From Gaiellales bacterium (GTDB taxonomy: Bacteria > Actinomycetota > Thermoleophilia > Gaiellales > JAICJC01): a stretch of DNA of 55,963 bases. The translations under genes and the position numbers were made by a program. This document shows, one piece after another, positions 22,811 to 34,912 of the stretch (positions are counted from its first letter, which is position 1; the number at the start of each line of letters is the position of its first letter). Below the pieces are notes generated by a model. It saw nothing but the letters and a program-made list of their open reading frames with translations, was not told where the DNA came from and searched no databases. Location of the stretch: assembly GCA_036258075.1 (NCBI GenBank), contig DATAEI010000143.1, positions 1-55,963 on the forward strand, written 5' to 3'.

Positions 22811-23725
22811 ATGAGCGCCAACGTCGGCGGCCAGGCCGTGCTGGAGGGCGTCATGATGCGCAGCCCCGGCACGTGGGCCGTGACCGTGCGCCGGGCCGAC
22901 GGCGGGCTGGCGCGCGTCTGCCGGCCGGTCTCGAGCGCCGCATCGCGGCACCGCTGGATGCGGCTGCCGGTCATCCGCGGCGTCGTGGCGCTCGGCGAGT
23001 CGCTCGTCATCGGCTTCCGAGCGCTCTCCGTGTCGGCCACCTACGCGTCGATCCAGCCCGGCGAGGAGGCCGACCCGGAGGAGGCGGCCGAGCTCACCCG
23101 CGGCCAGATCGCGTTCGCGTTCGTGATCGCGATCGGCTTCGCGCTCATCATCTTCAAGGTCTCGCCGGCGATCATCACCGGCCTGCTCCCGATCCACAAC
23201 ACCGCCCTCTTCGTCGTGGTCGAGGGTGGGATCCGGGTCAGCTTCCTGGTCGCCTACCTCGCGCTGATCTCGCTCGTGCCCGACCTGCGCCGCGTCTTCC
23301 AGTACCACGCCGCCGAGCACAAGGCGATCAACGCCTACGAGGACGGCGCCGAGCTCACGCCCGAGCGGGTGCAGTCGTACTCCAAGATCCACGTCCGCTG
23401 CGGGACGGCGTTCCTGCTCTGGGTGATGGTCATCGCGATCTTCGTGTTCGCGCTCGTCGGCCGGCCCGACTGGCCGATCCTGATCGGGTCGCGGATCGTG
23501 CTCCTGCCGGTGATCGCGGGCCTGGCCTACGAGGTCATCCGCTTCGGCGGCAAGCACCCGCGAAACCCGATCGTCCGGACGCTGCTCGCTCCCGGGCTCT
23601 GGCTCCAGGGCCTCACCACCCGGGAGCCGACCCTCGACCAGGTCGAGGTGTCGATCCAGGCGCTGCGCGACGTGCTCGACGCGGAGGCGGCGTCCGCGCC
23701 GTCGCCCGTCGAGGTCATGGCGTAG
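22811..23725 (+). CDS. DUF1385 membrane protein
   Basis: GGQAVLEGVMMRSP, YHAAEHKAINAYE and HVRCGT. This family commonly sits next to rpmE and prfA. Confidence 0.8.
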   Translation: MSANVGGQAVLEGVMMRSPGTWAVTVRRADGGLARVCRPVSSAASRHRWMRLPVIRGVVALGESLVIGFRALSVSATYASIQPGEEADPEEAAELTRGQIAFAFVIAIGFALIIFKVSPAIITGLLPIHNTALFVVVEGGIRVSFLVAYLALISLVPDLRRVFQYHAAEHKAINAYEDGAELTPERVQSYSKIHVRCGTAFLLWVMVIAIFVFALVGRPDWPILIGSRIVLLPVIAGLAYEVIRFGGKHPRNPIVRTLLAPGLWLQGLTTREPTLDQVEVSIQALRDVLDAEAASAPSPVEVMA

Positions 23726-23750
23726 ACGATCATCTAGAGTCTCCCGCGCT

Positions 23751-24149
23751 GTGCCGGATGCCGACTCCGCCGACGCGCTGCGCGAGCTGATCGACCGCTA
23801 CAACGACGCCTGGAACCGGCAGGACGTCGACGCGATCGTCGCGATGCACACGGCCGACATGGTCTTCCACAACCACACGGCCGGCGAGCGCGTGGAGGGC
23901 GACGCGGTGCGCGGCCACATCGCCGGGATCTTCGAGAGCTGGCCGGGGATGACGTTCTCGAGCCGCTCGCTCTACGTGCGCGACGGGCTGGTCGTGCAGG
24001 AGTGGACCGCGACCGGGACGCACGCCGAGTCCGGCAGGGCGGCGACCTGGGACGGCATGGACATCCTCCCGACCCGGGACGGCCGATTCGCGCGCAAGGA
24101 CGTCTACTCCGACTCCGTGAGCGTGATGCGCCAGCTCGGCCGGCTCTAG
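23751..24149 (+). CDS. SnoaL/NTF2-like fold protein
   Basis: [30 protein letters not shown] is a typical SnoaL-like N-terminus. GTG start. Confidence 0.65.
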   Translation: MPDADSADALRELIDRYNDAWNRQDVDAIVAMHTADMVFHNHTAGERVEGDAVRGHIAGIFESWPGMTFSSRSLYVRDGLVVQEWTATGTHAESGRAATWDGMDILPTRDGRFARKDVYSDSVSVMRQLGRL

Positions 24150-24159
24150 AATTCCGCGG

Positions 24160-25226
<1,067 letters not shown>

Positions 25227-25230
<4 letters not shown>

Positions 25231-26072
25231 GGACGCTCGGCGAGGTCCTGCGGCTCTCCACCGCGCACCTCGAGCGCAACGGCAGCCCGACCGCCCGGCT
25301 CGATGCGGAGCTGCTCCTCGGCCATGCGCTCGAGCTGGGTCGCGTGGAGCTCTACACCGGCTTCGAGCGGCCGCTCTCCGAGGCGGAGCTCGCAGCGTGC
25401 CGCGAGCTCATCGGCCGGCGGGCCAAGCGCGAGCCGGTGGCCTACATCCTGGGCCGGTGGGGGTTCCGCGGCCTCGACCTCGAGGTCGACCCGCGCGTGC
25501 TCGTGCCGCGCCCGGAGACGGAGCTCGTCGTCGGCCGCTGCCTGGAGCTCGTCGCCGGAGCCGCGTCGCCGGCGATGCTCGACGTGGGCACCGGGTCGGG
25601 CGCGATCGCGCTCGCGCTGGCATCGGAGCTGCCGGAGGCCAGGGTGACCGCCTGCGACGTGTCCGAGGATGCGCTCGCGGTTGCTCGCGCGAACGGCGAG
25701 CGGCTCGGGATCGACGTCGAGTGGGTCGAGTCCGACCTCTTCGCGGGCCTCGGCGAGCGCCGGTTCGACCTCGTCGTCTCGAACCCGCCGTACGTGGCCG
25801 AGGGCGAGCTCGCCGGGCTCGCGCCGGAGGTGCGCGACTGGGAGCCGCGCGGGGCGACCGTGGCGGGGAGGACGGGGCTCGAGGTGATCGCGCGGCTCGC
25901 CGCCGAGGCGCGGGTCGCGCTCGAGCCGGGCGGCGCGGTCGTCCTCGAGGTCGGCGCCGGACAGGCCGGCGCTGCCGAACGGCTGCTCGAGGAGGCCGGT
26001 ATCACCGACATCGGCTGCGAGCGCGACCACGCCGGCATCGAGCGGATCGTGTGGGGGAGGCGGGCGGAATGA
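25227..26072 (+). CDS. prmC: release factor glutamine methyltransferase
   Basis: [21 protein letters not shown] and VSNPPYV. The start overlaps the prfA stop. Confidence 0.92.
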
Positions 26073-26614
26073 GCGAGCACGAGCGGCTCCTGCTCGAGGG
26101 CGGGCTCGCGATCCTGCCGACCGACACCGTCTACGGGATCGGCTGCGCAGCCGCGCTGCCCGAGGCATGCGCGCGCCTCTACGCCGTGAAGGAGCGCCCG
26201 GCCGGCCAGGCGACCGCGGTCGTGTTCGGCTCGGTGGCGAAGGCGGTCGAGGCGCTGGGGGCGCCGCTGCCCGAGGAGCTGCTGCCGGGGCCGGTCACGC
26301 TCGTCGTCCCCAACCCCGACCGCAGGTTCGCCCACCTGTGCGGGCCGTCGCCCGAGCGGATCGGCGTCCGCGTCCCCGAGCTTGCGCCCGCCGTCCGGGA
26401 GCTCGCCGACGCGGTCGGCGGGCTTGCGTTGACGAGCGCCAACCGCCGCGGGGAGGCGGCGCCGGGAAGGCTTTCGGATGTCCCTCCCGAGCTCCGGTCG
26501 GCGGCGGCGGTGGTGGTGGACGGGGGAACGCTTCCCGGGATCGCCTCGACGGTGCTCGACCTCACCGGCCCGGAGCCGGTCGTGATCCGCCCCGGGCCGG
26601 CGCCGCCGCCGTGA
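26069..26614 (+). CDS. tsaC: L-threonylcarbamoyladenylate synthase (YrdC/Sua5 domain)
   Basis: LAILPTDTVYGIGC and LTSANRRGE. ATGA overlap with prmC. Confidence 0.85.
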   Translation: MSEHERLLLEGGLAILPTDTVYGIGCAAALPEACARLYAVKERPAGQATAVVFGSVAKAVEALGAPLPEELLPGPVTLVVPNPDRRFAHLCGPSPERIGVRVPELAPAVRELADAVGGLALTSANRRGEAAPGRLSDVPPELRSAAAVVVDGGTLPGIASTVLDLTGPEPVVIRPGPAPPP

Positions 26615-26653
26615 TCTGGCCCTGCGGCGCGCAACATCGTTTAGCATCGGGGT

Positions 26654-27943
26654 GTGGCGACGGCCGAGCAGACGTTCGAGCAGCTCCGCGCGATCGGGCT
26701 GGCGGAGGCGGACGCCGATGTGGCGGGCCTGGTCGACCGCGAGCTCGGGCGGCAGCGTGACCAGCTCGAGCTGATCGCGTCCGAGAACTTCACCTGGCCG
26801 TCGGTGCTCGAGGCGGTCGGGTCGGTGCTCACCAACAAGTACGCCGAGGGCTACCCGGGAAGGCGCTACTACGGCGGCTGCGAGTGGGTCGACGAGATCG
26901 AGCAGCTCGCGATCGACCGCGCAAAGGCGCTGTTCGGCGCCGAGCACGCGAACGTGCAGCCGCACGCCGGCGGCCCGGCGAACCAGGCCGCCTACTACGC
27001 CCTGCTCGAGCCGGGCGACCCGATCCTGGGGCTGCGGCTCGACCACGGCGGCCATCTGACGCACGGCCTCAAGGTCAACTTCTCGGGCCGGCTCTACGAC
27101 GTCCATGCCTACGGCGTGCGGCGCGAGGATTCGCTGATCGACTTCGACGAGGTCGAGCGGCTGGCCAAGGAGTACCGTCCGCGGCTGATCGTGGCCGGCG
27201 CGTCGGCGTACCCGCGTGTCATCGAGGCCGACCGGTTCCGCGCGATCGCCGATGAGGTGGGGGCGAAGCTGATGGTCGACATGGCCCACTTCGCGGGCCT
27301 CGTCGCCGCGGGGATCCATCCCAACCCGGTCGAGCACGCCGATGTCGTCACGTCGACCACGCACAAGACGCTGGCGGGCCCGCGGTCGGGGCTCGTGCTG
27401 AGCCGCGCGGAGCACGGTGCGGCGGTCGACAAGGCCGTCTTCCCGGGCCTCCAGGGTGGGCCGCTCTGCCACGTCGTCGCGGCGAAGGCGGTCTGCTTCA
27501 AGCTGGCGGCGACCGAGGGGTTCCGGGCCTACCAGCGCCAGATCGTCGCCAATGCGAAGGCGCTCGCCGCGACGCTCATCGACGGTGGGGTCGACCTCTT
27601 GACCGGCGGCACCGACATCCACCTGATCCAGCTCGACCTGCGCCGGACGCAGTGGTCGGGCAAGGACGCGGAGGAGCGCCTGCACGAGGTCGCGATCACC
27701 GTCAATCGCAACACCGTCCCGTTCGACGAGCGGCCGCCGACGATCGCCTCGGGTGTGCGGATCGGGACGCCCGCCGCGACGATGCGCGGCTTCGACGAGT
27801 CCGACATGCGCGAGGTCGGGACGATCATCCTGGAGACGCTCGACCCCGCGGCCGACCTGCCGGCGCTGCGCGGGCGCACACGCGAGCTGCTGGCCGGGCG
27901 CCCGCTCTACCCGTCGTTCCTCCATGGCCATCCGGTCGTCTGA
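26654..27943 (+). CDS. glyA: serine hydroxymethyltransferase
   Basis: [36 protein letters not shown] and the PLP-lysine region [12 protein letters not shown]. Confidence 0.97.
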   Translation: MATAEQTFEQLRAIGLAEADADVAGLVDRELGRQRDQLELIASENFTWPSVLEAVGSVLTNKYAEGYPGRRYYGGCEWVDEIEQLAIDRAKALFGAEHANVQPHAGGPANQAAYYALLEPGDPILGLRLDHGGHLTHGLKVNFSGRLYDVHAYGVRREDSLIDFDEVERLAKEYRPRLIVAGASAYPRVIEADRFRAIADEVGAKLMVDMAHFAGLVAAGIHPNPVEHADVVTSTTHKTLAGPRSGLVLSRAEHGAAVDKAVFPGLQGGPLCHVVAAKAVCFKLAATEGFRAYQRQIVANAKALAATLIDGGVDLLTGGTDIHLIQLDLRRTQWSGKDAEERLHEVAITVNRNTVPFDERPPTIASGVRIGTPAATMRGFDESDMREVGTIILETLDPAADLPALRGRTRELLAGRPLYPSFLHGHPVV

Positions 27944-28568
27944 GCAGCTCGTCGTCGTCGACCACCCGCTGGCGCAGCACAAGCTTGCGCTGATCCGCGA
28001 CCGGACGACGACGACGCGGGACTTCCGCTGGCTCATGGGTGAGCTGGCGGCGTTCCTCTGCTACGAGGCGACGCGCGACCTGGAGCTGGAGCACATCGAC
28101 GTGGAGACGCCGCTCGAGACGGCTCGCGCCGCGCAGATCTCGGGCAAGAAGCTCGGCGTGGTGGCGGTGCTCCGCGCCGGGTTGGGGATGCTCGACGCCG
28201 TGCTCGACCTCGTCCCGGTCGCCCGGGTCGGGTTCGTCGGCATCTACCGTGACGAGGCGACCCTCGAGCCCGTCGAGTACTACTGCAAGCTGCCGGGCGA
28301 CCTGGATGAGCGCGACGTCCTCGTGCTCGACCCGATGCTCGCCACCGGCGGCTCCGCCTCCGCGGCGCTCCAGCTGTGCAAGGACCGCGGCGCGCGGAGC
28401 ATCCGGCTCCTCTCGGTGGTGGCGGCCCCGGCCGGCCTCGAGCGCATCGCCGCCGACCACCCGGACGTCACGATCTACACCGCCGCCGTCGACCGCGAGC
28501 TGAACGAGGACGGCTTCATCCTCCCCGGCCTCGGCGACGCCGGCGACCGGCTGTTCGGCACGCGGTAA
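27924..28568 (+). CDS. upp: uracil phosphoribosyltransferase
   Basis: [33 protein letters not shown] and [29 protein letters not shown]. Overlaps the glyA end by 20 nt. Confidence 0.95.
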   Translation: MAIRSSEQLVVVDHPLAQHKLALIRDRTTTTRDFRWLMGELAAFLCYEATRDLELEHIDVETPLETARAAQISGKKLGVVAVLRAGLGMLDAVLDLVPVARVGFVGIYRDEATLEPVEYYCKLPGDLDERDVLVLDPMLATGGSASAALQLCKDRGARSIRLLSVVAAPAGLERIAADHPDVTIYTAAVDRELNEDGFILPGLGDAGDRLFGTR

Positions 28569-28571
28569 GCG

Positions 28572-29284
28572 CGCAAACCAGGTTTGGCACACGACGGCGT
28601 GACGATCGCGTCACGCTTTCGTATCCGGCGGTCGGTCCGTCCCTTCGTCGACGAAGCCGCGAAAGAGCAGCTGCGCTCGCCGGCGGTCCGTGTCGAAAAG
28701 GTCGAGCCAGTCCAGGCTGAGGTACTTCGCCGGAGGCTCGAGCCCGACCGTCTGGCGGTAGCTCGACCACGGCCACTCGCTGGGCTTCTGGCAAAGCCCA
28801 GCGCGCACAGGGTTGAGCACGACGTACCGAAGCGCTTCGAAGAGGGAGTCCTCTGTCGCAAGGACGCCGGACCAGTACCGGGCGTCAAAGAGGTGCCCTT
28901 CGTATCCGTGCTTCTTGTTGAAGGCTCGCGCGTAGATGAAGTTGAGCCTGTGCATCCCGGTCGCGATGTTCGGCTCCGGTGTGCGCAGGACGAGGTGGTA
29001 GTGGTTCGTCATCAGGCAGAAGGCCGTGAGCTCCCAGCCGAAGAGCGCGACGATCTCGCCGAGGTGGGTCAGGAAGATCGAACGATCGTCGTCGTCCTGG
29101 ACGATTGGAAGCTTGCGCACACCCCGTGCGCCGACGTGGTACCAGAGCCCACCTTCCTGCGGGCGCGGTCGCGGTCGGTGGGACATCGATCCACCGTAGA
29201 TCCAGCGACGGCAACGCGACCGGCCGACATGTGCCGCCGGTGACACAATCTCGTAACGGCCGGGGGTGCTAAACCTGGTTTGGG
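28572..29284. mobile_element. IS200-like / REP-associated tyrosine transposase (RAYT) unit bounded by inverted palindromic repeats
   Basis: The left end cgCAAACCAGGTTTgGCAC (28572-28590) matches the reverse complement of the right end gtgctAAACCTGGTTTggg (29266-29284) at 17/19 positions. Each copy is itself a near-palindrome (CAAACC-n-GGTTTG). Weaker similarity extends about 25 nt inward. There is a 7-bp hairpin at 28597-28616. Confidence 0.6.
28611..29186 (-). CDS. Y1 (HUH) transposase, IS200-like/RAYT family
   Basis: HUH motif in CLMTNHYHLVLRT and the Tyr motif ALRYVVLNPVRAGL. I chose the internal ATG (MSHRPRP...); the track ORF extends to 29246. Confidence 0.8.
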   Translation of the reverse strand: MSHRPRPRPQEGGLWYHVGARGVRKLPIVQDDDDRSIFLTHLGEIVALFGWELTAFCLMTNHYHLVLRTPEPNIATGMHRLNFIYARAFNKKHGYEGHLFDARYWSGVLATEDSLFEALRYVVLNPVRAGLCQKPSEWPWSSYRQTVGLEPPAKYLSLDWLDLFDTDRRRAQLLFRGFVDEGTDRPPDTKA

Positions 29285-29355
29285 GCTCAGTCGGCCGCTG
29301 ACCAGGAGACCGGCCGCCAGCGCCGAACCGGTACCCTGTTCGCCACGACGCCGCG

Positions 29356-30489
29356 ATGAACTCACTGCTCGACTATCAGGCAGCAGCCGTCGGCTTTGCT
29401 GTCGCCTTCCTCCTCGTGGTGCTGCTCACCCCCGTGGTGTCGCTCACCGCGTCGCGCGCCGGCGTGCTCGACCGCACCGACGGCGACCGGCGGATGCACC
29501 CGCGGCCGCTGCCGCGCCTCGGCGGGCTCGCGATCTTCGCCGGCATCGCGATCCCGTGCGCGGCCTTCGGGTCGCAGCACGGCTTCTGGGGCGTGATGCT
29601 CGGCGCCGCGCTCATGTGCGCCCTCGGCGCGGTGGACGACATCGTCTCGCTCCCCGCCGGCGCCAAGTTCGCCGGCCAGATCTCGATCGCCGCCGTGCCG
29701 GTCGCGCTCTCGAGCGGCAACATCTCGATCGACCACGTGACCATGCCGCTCATCGGGGTCTTCGACCTCGGCCCGGTGGCCTATCCCGTGACGATCATCT
29801 GGATCGTCGCCATCGCCAACATCGTGAACTTCATCGACGGGATGGACGGGCTCGCGGCCGGCTTCTGCGCGATCGCCGCGATGACGTTCGCGATCCTCTC
29901 GGCGTCCCTCGGCCACGGCGACACCGCCGCGGTCGCCGCCGTCGTTGCGGGCGCCGCGATCGGCTTCCTCCGGTACAACTTCCACCCCGCCACGATCATC
30001 ATGGGCGACTCCGGCTCGCTCATGCTCGGCTACCTGCTCGCGACGCTCTCCATCGAGGGCGTGCTGAAGACGGCGGCGGCCGTGTCGCTCGTGTTCCCGC
30101 TCGTCGTCCTGGCGCTGCCGATCCTCGACACGTCGTTCGTGATCCTGAAGCGCCTGAAGTACCGCCAGCCGATCTACCAGGCCGACCGCTGGCACTTCCA
30201 CCACCGCTTCGCGAACATCGGGTTCTCGCAGCGCCGCACCGCGCTCACGCTCTACGCCTGGTGCATCGTCCTGTCCGGCTTCGCGCTTGCGATCCGGTTC
30301 GTCCCGCCCCACCGGCACGGGTGGAGCCTCTCGGCGGTCGCCATCCTCGGGACGCTGGGTGCGGTCGCCGTCCTCTCGTCGGTCTACGTGATCTACACGC
30401 TCGAGATCCTGAAGCTCCGTCGCCTCCGCGCGCTCCGGGGAGGCCGCGCCGACGCTGCGCCCGCGTCCGCCGACCGCCCGGCGGCCTAG
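29356..30489 (+). CDS. wecA: UDP-GlcNAc:undecaprenyl-phosphate GlcNAc-1-phosphate transferase (MraY/WecA family)
   Basis: NIVNFIDGMDGLAAG, MGDSGSLMLGY, multiple TM segments, and the conserved position upstream of the atp operon. Confidence 0.88.
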   Translation: MNSLLDYQAAAVGFAVAFLLVVLLTPVVSLTASRAGVLDRTDGDRRMHPRPLPRLGGLAIFAGIAIPCAAFGSQHGFWGVMLGAALMCALGAVDDIVSLPAGAKFAGQISIAAVPVALSSGNISIDHVTMPLIGVFDLGPVAYPVTIIWIVAIANIVNFIDGMDGLAAGFCAIAAMTFAILSASLGHGDTAAVAAVVAGAAIGFLRYNFHPATIIMGDSGSLMLGYLLATLSIEGVLKTAAAVSLVFPLVVLALPILDTSFVILKRLKYRQPIYQADRWHFHHRFANIGFSQRRTALTLYAWCIVLSGFALAIRFVPPHRHGWSLSAVAILGTLGAVAVLSSVYVIYTLEILKLRRLRALRGGRADAAPASADRPAA

Positions 30490-30509
30490 TTCGCGGGAAC
30501 GTCACAAAC

Positions 30510-30540
30510 TTGTCACATACTCCCGAGGTTTGGCTATACT
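30510..30540 (+). promoter_or_regulatory. candidate atp operon promoter (-35 TTGTCA, -10 TATACT, 19-nt spacer)
   Basis: A lower-GC spacer, gtcacaaacTTGTCAcatactcccgaggtttggcTATACT, with a GTCACA direct repeat 11 nt apart. The spacer length is suboptimal. Confidence 0.3.
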
Positions 30541-30618
30541 GCGCGCGCCCGCCAACCCTCGACGAGGACACGAACCCACACGGCAGGGAAACCGGCAGCA
30601 TCGGGAGCAACGGCCGGG

Positions 30619-30771
30619 ATCTATCTGCTGGCAGCGCTTGCGCTGTTCGTGGGAATCGGCCTCGGAGTCGGCTGGCTGGCCGGAAATCCCGCCATCGGCG
30701 GCGCGATCGGCGCGGCCGTGGGCGTCCCGGTCAGCTTCTACCTGGTGTACAGACGGTTTCGCGACATATGA
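30619..30771 (+). CDS. AtpZ-like small two-TM membrane protein; start codon unresolved
   Basis: The frame ending TGA 30769-30771 encodes ..GIYLLAALALFVGIGLGVGWLAGNPAIGGAIGAAVGVPVSFYLVYRRFRDI. This resembles the AtpZ/ATPase_gene1 pattern (G..LD/G...P......G...G....Y R). Its stop overlaps the next ATG (ATGA). There is no ATG/GTG/TTG upstream of TM1; the only GTG (30649) lies inside TM1. Confidence 0.4.
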   Translation: MYLLAALALFVGIGLGVGWLAGNPAIGGAIGAAVGVPVSFYLVYRRFRDI

Positions 30772-31148
30772 CCTCGCCTCAGACGCTCGCAGCCCACAAC
30801 CTCGACGCCATCGTCGCGATCCTCGCGATCCCCGTGTTCCTGCTCGCCGGCTGGCCCCTCGAGGGCTGGTTCTGGGCGACGGCGCTGTGGGCGGTGAACC
30901 GCTACGCCCAGTCGGTCATCGAGCGGCGGGCGGCCCAGATGGGCGCGCTGCGCGGCGTCGGCGTCCTCGGCGCCAGCATGCTGCTGCGGCCCTGGATCGG
31001 GATGCTGGTCCTCTTTCTGATCACCAAGCACGACACCGCCCTCGCCGTGTCGGCGGTGCTGCTCTTCCTGCTCCTCGTCACGATCGACATCGCCACGCGC
31101 GTCCTGACACACAAGAACATCAGCGGCACGATCGGCGGGGCGGCCTAG
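30768..31148 (+). CDS. atpI: ATP synthase protein I-like membrane protein
   Basis: 126 aa, about 4 hydrophobic segments, directly abutting atpB (TAG then ATG). Position is equivalent to atpI/Rv1303-type genes. Confidence 0.55.
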   Translation: MTSPQTLAAHNLDAIVAILAIPVFLLAGWPLEGWFWATALWAVNRYAQSVIERRAAQMGALRGVGVLGASMLLRPWIGMLVLFLITKHDTALAVSAVLLFLLLVTIDIATRVLTHKNISGTIGGAA

Positions 31149-31994
31149 ATGATCCTCCTCAAGACCGACTTCAACCCGGTCAGCGAGTTCACGGACTTCA
31201 TCAACCACCCCTACGTGAACCTGCCGTTCGGGCTCGACATCAACAAGGCCGTCGTCTACATGTGGATGGCGGCCGCCCTGGCGATCATCCTCACCCTCCT
31301 CGTCACCCGGCGCGGGCTCCAGGTGCGGCCGAGCGGGCCGCAGACCACCGCCGAGGTGATCTACGAGGTGTGCGAGCAGCAGATCGCCCGGGCCGGCCTG
31401 CCTGAGGAGGGCATGAAGATCTGGTTCCCGTACGTCGCGACCGCCTTCGTCTTCATCTGGATGATGAACCTGATCGGGTTCATCCCGCTCCCCTTCGGCG
31501 AGGAGCACGTCGACCTCTTCGGCCTGAGCGTCCCCCAGCTGCAGATCTACGCGGCCACGGCCAACCTGTCGGTGACGCTCACCCTGACGCTCGTCACCAT
31601 CCTCGCGAGCCACGCCGAGGGCATCCGCTACAACGGCGTCGTCGGCTACTTCAAGAGCTGGATGCCGTCCGGCATGCCCGACTTCGGACTGAAGACCGCG
31701 CCGCTCATCATCCTGATCGCCGTCATCGAGGTGATCTCGCAGTTCGTCCGCATCGTCTCGCTGAGCTTCCGGCTCTTCTTCAACCTGCTCGCCGGCCACC
31801 TTGTCATCGCCGTGTTCCTCGGCATGGGCGCGCTGATCGGCGGGACCGCCTTCTACTTCATCCATCCCATCGGGTTTGCGATGGGCGTCGCCCTGTACAC
31901 GCTCGAAGCGACGCTGATCGCGGGCCTGCAGGCGTTCATCTTCGCCTCCCTCTCGGCCATCTACATCGGTGGAGCGATCCACCCAGACCACTAG
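31149..31994 (+). CDS. atpB: F0F1 ATP synthase subunit a
   Basis: SLSFRLFFNLLAGH contains the essential Arg. Polytopic membrane protein. Confidence 0.95.
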   Translation: MILLKTDFNPVSEFTDFINHPYVNLPFGLDINKAVVYMWMAAALAIILTLLVTRRGLQVRPSGPQTTAEVIYEVCEQQIARAGLPEEGMKIWFPYVATAFVFIWMMNLIGFIPLPFGEEHVDLFGLSVPQLQIYAATANLSVTLTLTLVTILASHAEGIRYNGVVGYFKSWMPSGMPDFGLKTAPLIILIAVIEVISQFVRIVSLSFRLFFNLLAGHLVIAVFLGMGALIGGTAFYFIHPIGFAMGVALYTLEATLIAGLQAFIFASLSAIYIGGAIHPDH

Positions 31995-32003
31995 GAGACG
32001 CGC

Positions 32004-32246
32004 ATGGCTGTCGTCGACAACACCAACGCCGCCAAGGCCCTCGAGCTCGGCCTCGCGACCGGCTTCGGGGCGATCGGCCCCGGCGTCGGCGTCGGGTTCA
32101 TCTTCGGCAAGACGATCGAGGCCGTCGGGCGCCAGCCCGAGCTCCGCGGCCAGCTCCAGGGCCTCATGTGGCTCGGGTTCGCGCTGACCGAGGCGATCGT
32201 GTTCTACGCCCTCGGGATGGCGTTCGTCGCCTACTCCATCGTCTAG
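32004..32246 (+). CDS. atpE: F0F1 ATP synthase subunit c
   Basis: GAIGPGVGVG...GRQPE...ALTEAIVFYAL hairpin proteolipid, 80 aa. Confidence 0.95.
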   Translation: MAVVDNTNAAKALELGLATGFGAIGPGVGVGFIFGKTIEAVGRQPELRGQLQGLMWLGFALTEAIVFYALGMAFVAYSIV

Positions 32247-32258
32247 GGAGACCTGCGC

Positions 32259-32801
32259 ATGCCGCTTCTCGCAGCCGCCAAATCGCCGAGCCTGATCGAC
32301 ATCAACCCGGGGTTGATGTTCTGGACGCTGATCACGTTCGTGGTCGTCCTCGTCATCCTCCGGAAGTACGCGTTCGGGCCCATCCAGCAGATGATCGAGG
32401 CCCGGCGTGCGGCGGTCACCGCCGATCTCGATGCGGCCGAGAAGGCGCGCGAAGAGGCCCAGGCCGCGCTCAGCGAGTACCGCCAGCAGCTCGCGGAGGC
32501 CCGCAAGGAGGCGTCGCGGATCGTCGAGGACGCCCGCCGCGTGGGTGACGAGCGGCGCGCGGCTGACGTCGCCGCCCTCGAGGCGGAGACGGTGCGGCTG
32601 AAGGAGCAGGCCAAGAGCGAGATCGCCGCGGAGACGCGCCAGGCGCTCGCCAGCCTGAAGCAGCACGTCGCCGAGCTCACACTGGTCGCAACAGAGAAGG
32701 TGGTGCGGGCCCGCCTCGATTCGGCCGAGCAGAGGCGCCTGATCGACGATGCGCTCGCCGATGTGGACTTCGCGTCGCTCGTCCCGGAGGGCGAGGAGTA
32801 G
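32259..32801 (+). CDS. atpF: F0F1 ATP synthase subunit b
   Basis: N-terminal TM segment (MFWTLITFVVVLVIL), then a long charged helix. Operon position. Confidence 0.9.
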   Translation: MPLLAAAKSPSLIDINPGLMFWTLITFVVVLVILRKYAFGPIQQMIEARRAAVTADLDAAEKAREEAQAALSEYRQQLAEARKEASRIVEDARRVGDERRAADVAALEAETVRLKEQAKSEIAAETRQALASLKQHVAELTLVATEKVVRARLDSAEQRRLIDDALADVDFASLVPEGEE

Positions 32802-33363
32802 TGGCCGACCGGATCGAGCCGGCGGCCCGCGTCTACGCGGACGCGCTCTACCACGCGGCCCGCGACGCGGGGCGGACGCACGAGGTCGACCGCGACCTGC
32901 AGGCGCTTCTCGGCGCGCTCGCCGACAACCGCATCCTGCTTCGGGCGCTCGCAAACCCGTCGATCCCGCGGGAGGCCAAGAAGCGCGTCGTCACGCGCCT
33001 CCTGGGAGAGTCGGAGCAGCTGCTCCAGAACGCCGCGATGGTCCTGACCGACCGCGGGCGCGTCGGTCTGATCGCCGACACCGCGTTGGCCTACGCCGAG
33101 CTCGTCGCCGCCGAGGACCGCATCCTGACCGTCGAGGTGACAACCGCCGTCGCGCTCGACGACTCCCAGGTCGACGCCCTCCGCGAGCGTGTCTCCATCG
33201 CAGTCGGCCACGAGGCCCGGATCGTGGCCTCGGTCGATCCCGAGATCATCGGCGGCATCGTCCTGAAAGCCCGCGGCGTCCTCCTGGATGCCTCGATCCG
33301 GCGCCGGCTGGAGGACATCCGCCGCGCACTCATTCGTACACCATTGCCCGTTGGGAGTGAAGC

Positions 33364-33367
<4 letters not shown>
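32801..33367 (+). CDS. atpH: F0F1 ATP synthase subunit delta
   Basis: OSCP-like: YADALYHAA...[35 protein letters not shown] start. Confidence 0.9.
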
Positions 33368-34908
<1,541 letters not shown>

Positions 34909-34912
34909 CCCC

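Noticed and set aside
26615-26653. ZTP or THF riboswitch upstream of glyA. I also considered an SAH riboswitch upstream of ahcY (52453..52460).
   Set aside because: The spacers are only 39 nt and 8 nt, too short for these elements. No conserved cores, such as the CCGCCTGGGC of the pfl motif, are visible in the adjacent sequence.
30530-31405. 291-aa plus-strand ORF spanning the wecA-atpB spacer, the atpZ-like ORF, atpI and the start of atpB.
   Set aside because: Arg/Pro-rich translation with no TM segments or motifs. It is out of frame with atpI and atpB, which are well supported.
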